A stretch of DNA of 64,000 nucleotides from an uncultured bacterium. GTDB taxonomy: Bacteria; SAR324; NAC60-12. Positions 59,751 through 64,000 of the stretch are shown piece by piece. Below the pieces are notes generated by a model. It did not search any database. It was not told the origin of the DNA and saw nothing but the letters and a program-made list of their open reading frames with translations. The position numbers and the translations under genes are program-made. Every line of letters starts with the position of its first letter. Positions within the stretch are counted from its first letter, which is position 1. Where the stretch lies: assembly GCA_965662235.1 (NCBI GenBank), contig CBFIGY010000007.1, positions 41,538 through 105,537 of the forward strand, in the 5' to 3' direction.

Positions 59751-60331
59751 GAGGGCCCTCCGCTTCCAGAAAACTGAGAATTCAGGGTCTTGAACTCTCG
59801 GACGCGGGCACCGATCGCGTAGAGCGAAACGGCAGAGGCGACCAGAGCGACCGCAAAGCTGGCAGCATAGGCCCACCAGACCGGAAACTGCAGCAAGAAG
59901 GTGGTTTCCCCGTAGCGCATCTTGTCGCTCATGCCGACGTAAAGCCTCCAGGTGAACAGGCAGGTGAAGCTGGAAAGCAGGACTTCGGAGAGGACCTCAA
60001 CGCCTTGGTTGAAGGCTCGGGGAAAGGTGGTGGCCAGCAGGTCCACGGTGGCATGCCCCCGGCGGAGCTGACACCACGGCAAGAAGGAGAAGATTGCAAA
60101 CGCAATCCCGGCCTCCACCAGCTCAAAGTCCCCATTCACAGGGCCCACCCCTGACGCAATCAGAAAGTCCGAGAGCGCAGTGTAGTTTTCCTTAATGGAG
60201 TCGGTGTGAGCAATGGTGTTCCCGGCGCGTCCAATCACGCTGATGCAGATCAGCAGAATCAGGAGGATCAGGACCATTCCTCCCAGAATGGCAACGCCAC
60301 GGGCCAGGCCTTGAAAGACAATCCGGAGCAT
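59747..60331 (-). CDS. dctQ: TRAP transporter small permease DctQ
   Basis: Four TMs, GDFELVE, GHATVD, P.WW; between dctP and dctM. Confidence 0.93.
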   Translation of the reverse strand: MLRIVFQGLARGVAILGGMVLILLILLICISVIGRAGNTIAHTDSIKENYTALSDFLIASGVGPVNGDFELVEAGIAFAIFSFLPWCQLRRGHATVDLLATTFPRAFNQGVEVLSEVLLSSFTCLFTWRLYVGMSDKMRYGETTFLLQFPVWWAYAASFAVALVASAVSLYAIGARVREFKTLNSQFSGSGGPS

Positions 60332-60380
60332 GCGGTTTCCTGTCGACGAAGGGGGTGAGGGGCGGTCACGATCACCGGCA

Positions 60381-60415
60381 TGCCAGGAGGCCCGCAGTGC
60401 GGACCTCCGGAGGCA
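60381..60415 (-). other. Intercistronic stem-loop after dctP (mRNA stabiliser or partial terminator)
   Basis: Minus strand GGAGGTCCGC-ACT-GCGGGCCTCC, 10 bp including one G-U pair, immediately after the dctP stop. Confidence 0.55.
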
Positions 60416-61456
60416 TTACTCGGAGTACTGGTCGATCAACTCACGGGCTTCGGCCAGCAGCTGGGTGCCGTTCAGGCCCCGGGAGTCCATCTCCTGCACC
60501 CAGCCGTCAATGATGGGCTGAGAGGCCTGACGCCAGCGGTTCACTTCGGCATCAGAGAGGGTGATGATGTTGTTGTTGCGCTTCAGGGCAATCTGTCGAG
60601 ACGGCTCATCGTACTCCTGCATGAGGCGTCCGGCCCATCCGGACATCTCCCGTCCGGAGTTCGCGTCAATGACCTTCTTGAGGTCGGCGGGGAGGGATTC
60701 GTACTTGTCCTTGTTCATCGCAAAGATGAACGTGGTGGTGTAGAGGCTGGATTGACCAAAGGTCGTGTGGTTGGAAACAAGCTCTGCGACCTTGAGGGCG
60801 CCGGTGACTTCCCACGGAATCACAGTGGCGTCAATGACCCCTTTGGAAAGCGCCTCTGGCACCGCAGGCACCGGCATGCCCACCGGCGTGGCTCCGAGTT
60901 CCTTGAAGAGCATGTTGGTGACCCGTGTCGGGGCCCGGAGCTTCACGCCATTGAGGTCGGCAAGCGTCATCACCGGCTTCTTGGAGTGAATCAGTCCGGG
61001 GCCGTGGACCCACACGCCAATGATGTGCATCTCCCGGAAGTCCTGGTCCTTCATGTACTTCTCATGCAGGTCCCAGTAGGCCTTGGAGGTCGCCTCGGCG
61101 TTCGTCATCATGAAGGGCAGCTCGAAGACCTCGGTGCGGGGGAACCGACCAGGCGTGTACCCGCAGACCGTCCAGATCAGGTCCACCACCCCGTCGGTGA
61201 CCTGATCGGCCAGCTCCGGAGGCTTGCCACCCAGCTGCATCGACGGATAGTGGTCAATCTGAATCCGACCTCCAGACTCCTTCTCCACCTTGTCGGCCCA
61301 CACATCCAGCACGTACTTCGGGACGTTGGCCTGGGCGGGAAGGAACTGGTGCATCTTGAGGGTGACTTCCTCAGCAGCCACAGAGCTGGCAGCGAGGGTC
61401 ACCCCGAGGAAGGCAGACGCCAGCAAACGGCGGAAGGGGGCGGCAACATGCTTCAT
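60416..61456 (-). CDS. dctP: TRAP substrate-binding protein DctP (aromatic-acid-binding type)
   Basis: Signal peptide ending VAA; PSMQLGG, YTPGRFP..EVFELPF, LRAP, GATPVGMP; AAGGAG RBS. Confidence 0.95.
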   Translation of the reverse strand: MKHVAAPFRRLLASAFLGVTLAASSVAAEEVTLKMHQFLPAQANVPKYVLDVWADKVEKESGGRIQIDHYPSMQLGGKPPELADQVTDGVVDLIWTVCGYTPGRFPRTEVFELPFMMTNAEATSKAYWDLHEKYMKDQDFREMHIIGVWVHGPGLIHSKKPVMTLADLNGVKLRAPTRVTNMLFKELGATPVGMPVPAVPEALSKGVIDATVIPWEVTGALKVAELVSNHTTFGQSSLYTTTFIFAMNKDKYESLPADLKKVIDANSGREMSGWAGRLMQEYDEPSRQIALKRNNNIITLSDAEVNRWRQASQPIIDGWVQEMDSRGLNGTQLLAEARELIDQYSE

Positions 61457-61692
61457 GATTTCTCCTTGGGGTGTTCTTTGACGCGGGTTCATCAAAGACG
61501 TTCAGGCCAACGGTCTGCACCAGACCAGAGCCTCCACAACACGCGAAGGCACGTTGGCAGTCGCCGAAACCCCCTCGAGGCTCGCAAGGCGCCCAGGGCT
61601 TTCGGCAGTGAGATCAAGGCCCGCTCAAACGATCAGCGGTGCGGGAACCTTCGGAAGACGGCTCCTCCGAAAGCTTGCTTGAAATTTTGGTA

Positions 61693-61721
61693 AGCGTACT
61701 GATGATTAGAGTACTTTTCAA
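61693..61721 (-). promoter_or_regulatory. Sigma70-like promoter of the TRAP-fcs operon with overlapping operator-like repeats
   Basis: Minus strand TTGAAA-17 nt-TACGCT; inverted repeat GTACT-N9-AGTAC at 61696-61714 covers the spacer and -10. Confidence 0.65.
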
Positions 61722-62132
61722 TTTATTTTTTGGAGGAGCCGGAGGCGCGAGGGCGGCCCAGGACGCGGGCTGTCGCCCAAGAAGGGTCCTGACGTTTTCT
61801 GCTCAGGCGTTGGGATCCGGAGGGCACGGTGTGGCCCTGTCCCTTCCAAAGGAGGCTACAGTAGATGAGTTTGACGCAGGGGACAATGGAAAATCGTCAC
61901 GAGCCGCTCCTTGGGCGCTTCCCTTGGAAGATCGTGCCTTTTTTTGAGGGAGTCCGTAACGGCCGACTCCTGCTTCAGGCAGAGGGAAGGTGGGAGGCTG
62001 CGCGCCTGAGAAGACGGTACGGGCCAAAAGACAGGCCTGGAGTTCGGCCTTCTCTAGGATCACGCCGAGCTCACCAGCGCATTGGGAACGCAGCGGGGGA
62101 TGGGTCCGGTGGCAGCGATCCGTTATGGAGCA

Positions 62133-63188
62133 TCAAGGCGCTCTGTTTTTTTCTTTGTGGAACTTTGCGCCCTTCACCATTTTGCCAAAACTTCGATCCT
62201 TGGCCCGTTTTTCGGCTAAGCTCGCTTTTGCGAACTCAGTCTCGCGCATCAATTTGTGGTAACTGTCCAAGCGACGCCGATCCAGTTGCCCACCTTCAAT
62301 GGCCGCGAGCACGGCACACCCCGGCTCACTCAGGTGGTGGCAATCAGAAAACTGGCACCGGTCAGACAAGTGTTCGATGTCTTCAAAAACATGCCCCAGT
62401 GCTTCCTCAACATCAGCCACCCGTAATTCTCGCATTCCCGGCACATCAATGATGAGCCCTCCTGATGGGAGGGAATAGAGCGCCCTATGGGTGGTGGTGT
62501 GTCGCCCTTTTTGGTCATCCTCCCTGATCGCTCCAGTGGCAGCCAAGGTGTCTTCAGCCAAAGCATTGAGGAGCGTGGACTTTCCCACCCCCGAAGAGCC
62601 TACAAGCGCGATGGTGGTGTTGCCTTCAAACCACCTTTTCACTCCATCCAGCGTGGAGGGGTCCAGAGCATTGACTGCCTCTACAGCAACCTGGGACTGA
62701 ACGCTCCGTGCTCGCTCCGTGTAACGGCTCACGTCGTCGGCAAGATCGATCTTTGTCAGAAGAATCACCGGGATGACTCCGGCTTCCGCACATAAAGCAA
62801 GGTAACGCTCAAGACGAGACTCCTTAAATTCATCGTTGCAAGAAGTCACAATGAAGACCACATCGATGTTTGCTGCAATGAGCTGAAACTGAGTCGTGTG
62901 TCCAGAGCCGACACGCTTGAAAAGGCTCTTTCTTTCAAGCACCTGCACAATTCGGGACCGCGTTTCCTCCAAAATCACCCAATCACCAACGGTGGGACGG
63001 TCCAGAGGATCGGCCTGCTGCAGATTCATGGACAGCTCCACGCTTCTCCTCTGATCACTGCAAGCCACCCCGATGATTCCTCGCTGCACGGAAACCACTC
63101 GCCCAAGGCGACTTTCCAGAACACTGAAATCAGAAAGCTGTTGAGCAAAAAAAGGGACGAATCCGAGCTTGACTAAAACGTCACTCAT
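62133..63188 (-). CDS. rsgA: Ribosome small subunit-dependent GTPase A
   Basis: Circularly permuted GTPase: TKID (G4), GSSGVGKS (G1), GRHTTT, DVPG (G3); zinc site CQFSDCHHLSEPGC; VGDWV OB fold. Confidence 0.94.
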   Translation of the reverse strand: MSDVLVKLGFVPFFAQQLSDFSVLESRLGRVVSVQRGIIGVACSDQRRSVELSMNLQQADPLDRPTVGDWVILEETRSRIVQVLERKSLFKRVGSGHTTQFQLIAANIDVVFIVTSCNDEFKESRLERYLALCAEAGVIPVILLTKIDLADDVSRYTERARSVQSQVAVEAVNALDPSTLDGVKRWFEGNTTIALVGSSGVGKSTLLNALAEDTLAATGAIREDDQKGRHTTTHRALYSLPSGGLIIDVPGMRELRVADVEEALGHVFEDIEHLSDRCQFSDCHHLSEPGCAVLAAIEGGQLDRRRLDSYHKLMRETEFAKASLAEKRAKDRSFGKMVKGAKFHKEKNRAP

Positions 63189-63279
63189 GGGGGTTTCTGC
63201 CGTCACTAAAAAGCATTTTAAATGCTGATCATTTTTATGAATCTACTGCGAGCGAATTGAGTTGGAGGCTATCCGATCG

Positions 63280-64000
63280 TTACTCAACCCGGACTACCAC
63301 GACGTAGGGCGGATTTTTTGCCAACTCGGCTGGAAGAGGGTCAAGTTGAGCGTTGCGGATGGCCAGCTCAACCGCTAGGAGGAGACTTTCCGAGGCATTT
63401 TGTTCTTTGATCTCATGCTTTAAGATCGTTCCGTTGGGGGAGATGCTCAGTTCGACTCGGACAAACGCTCCGCTTTGGATTTGAGAACTGGTCCGAGGCT
63501 TCAATTCCTTCTGCAAGTGCACGTTGTATTCCCGTTCTGCGTTCCGGAAATTCAAGCGCTGCTGAATGCCCTGGAGGACGTCCTCTCCGTTGCCTTCGGG
63601 AGCGACCGGGTCTGAGGAAACCTTTGGACCCGAAAGCAGCGGAGCTTCAGGAACCGGAGGCAGTGCCGGAGCCGAAGGCGTGTTTTCTTCAAACAGCGGG
63701 ACCGATGCCGTTTCATTGGATGGCTTCGGGGCCGTTGGAGGGGTGAGGGGAGAACTTGTCCTAGAACAGTCTTCGTCATTGATGGTGCTGTCTGGCATCG
63801 TGGTGTTGCAGAATGTGGCCCCAGTCAGATTGGCCCCATTCAGATTGGCACTACTCAGGTCAGCGTTATACAGATTGGCACTCTTCAGGTCGGCATAGGT
63901 CAGATTGGCACCCTCTAGATTGGCATACTTCAGGTCAGCACCAATCAGGTCAGCACCAATCAGGTTGGCCCCTTTCAGGTTGGCCGCCTCCAGATTGGCC
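63280..64000 (-). CDS. Pentapeptide-repeat protein fused via a Pro-rich linker to a TonB/TolA C-terminal-like domain (5' end outside window)
   Basis: The frame stays open upstream of the track ATG at 63798: [71 protein letters not shown]-terminus [12 protein letters not shown]...[11 protein letters not shown]. Confidence 0.8.
   Translation of the reverse strand, partial: ANLEAANLKGANLIGADLIGADLKYANLEGANLTYADLKSANLYNADLSSANLNGANLTGATFCNTTMPDSTINDEDCSRTSSPLTPPTAPKPSNETASVPLFEENTPSAPALPPVPEAPLLSGPKVSSDPVAPEGNGEDVLQGIQQRLNFRNAEREYNVHLQKELKPRTSSQIQSGAFVRVELSISPNGTILKHEIKEQNASESLLLAVELAIRNAQLDPLPAELAKNPPYVVVVRVE

Noticed and set aside
61865..62452. 195-aa plus-strand ORF with an AAGGAGG-like RBS
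   Set aside because: Overlaps the rsgA 3' end antisense by about 320 nt and has no recognisable domain; a gene remnant cannot be excluded.
63820..64000. 15-nt periodic DNA repeats (CAGATTGGC/CAGGTCAGC) as CRISPR or tandem repeat
   Set aside because: Explained by pentapeptide-repeat coding on the minus strand; no unique spacers.

Overview
This is a GC-rich bacterial chromosomal window, roughly 60-63% GC by eye. Gene content suggests a SAR324-like or deltaproteobacterial marine lineage (inference only). It is mostly core genes: ftsH (partial), dnaE, secA, mreB, murB, ftsQ, rsfS, rlmH, recO, guaA, DAHP synthase, msrPQ, moaC, tatB, tRNA-Cys and tRNA-Pro. It also carries an anmK-murQ-nagB-kdgK amino-sugar block and an 8-gene hydroxycinnamate (ferulate/p-coumarate-type) uptake and beta-oxidation operon with a TRAP transporter. 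Highlights: (1) a 1517-aa single-chain acyl-CoA carboxylase in the order CTalpha-linker-CTbeta-BC-BCCP; (2) a eukaryote-type glutathione synthetase about 4.4 kb from a bacterial GshB-like ligase; (3) a tailless FtsZ apparently co-transcribed with a Bpt/Ate-type N-degron transferase and moaC; (4) strong iteration of the palindrome TCCGGA (HIP-like), nearly absent from the lower-GC last 2 kb; (5) candidate structured RNA leaders upstream of dctP, the DAHP synthase gene and ftsH; (6) a perfect LacI/GntR-type operator at the nagB promoter; (7) a pentapeptide-repeat/TonB-C fusion at the right edge. I saw no CRISPR array, integrase or transposase.
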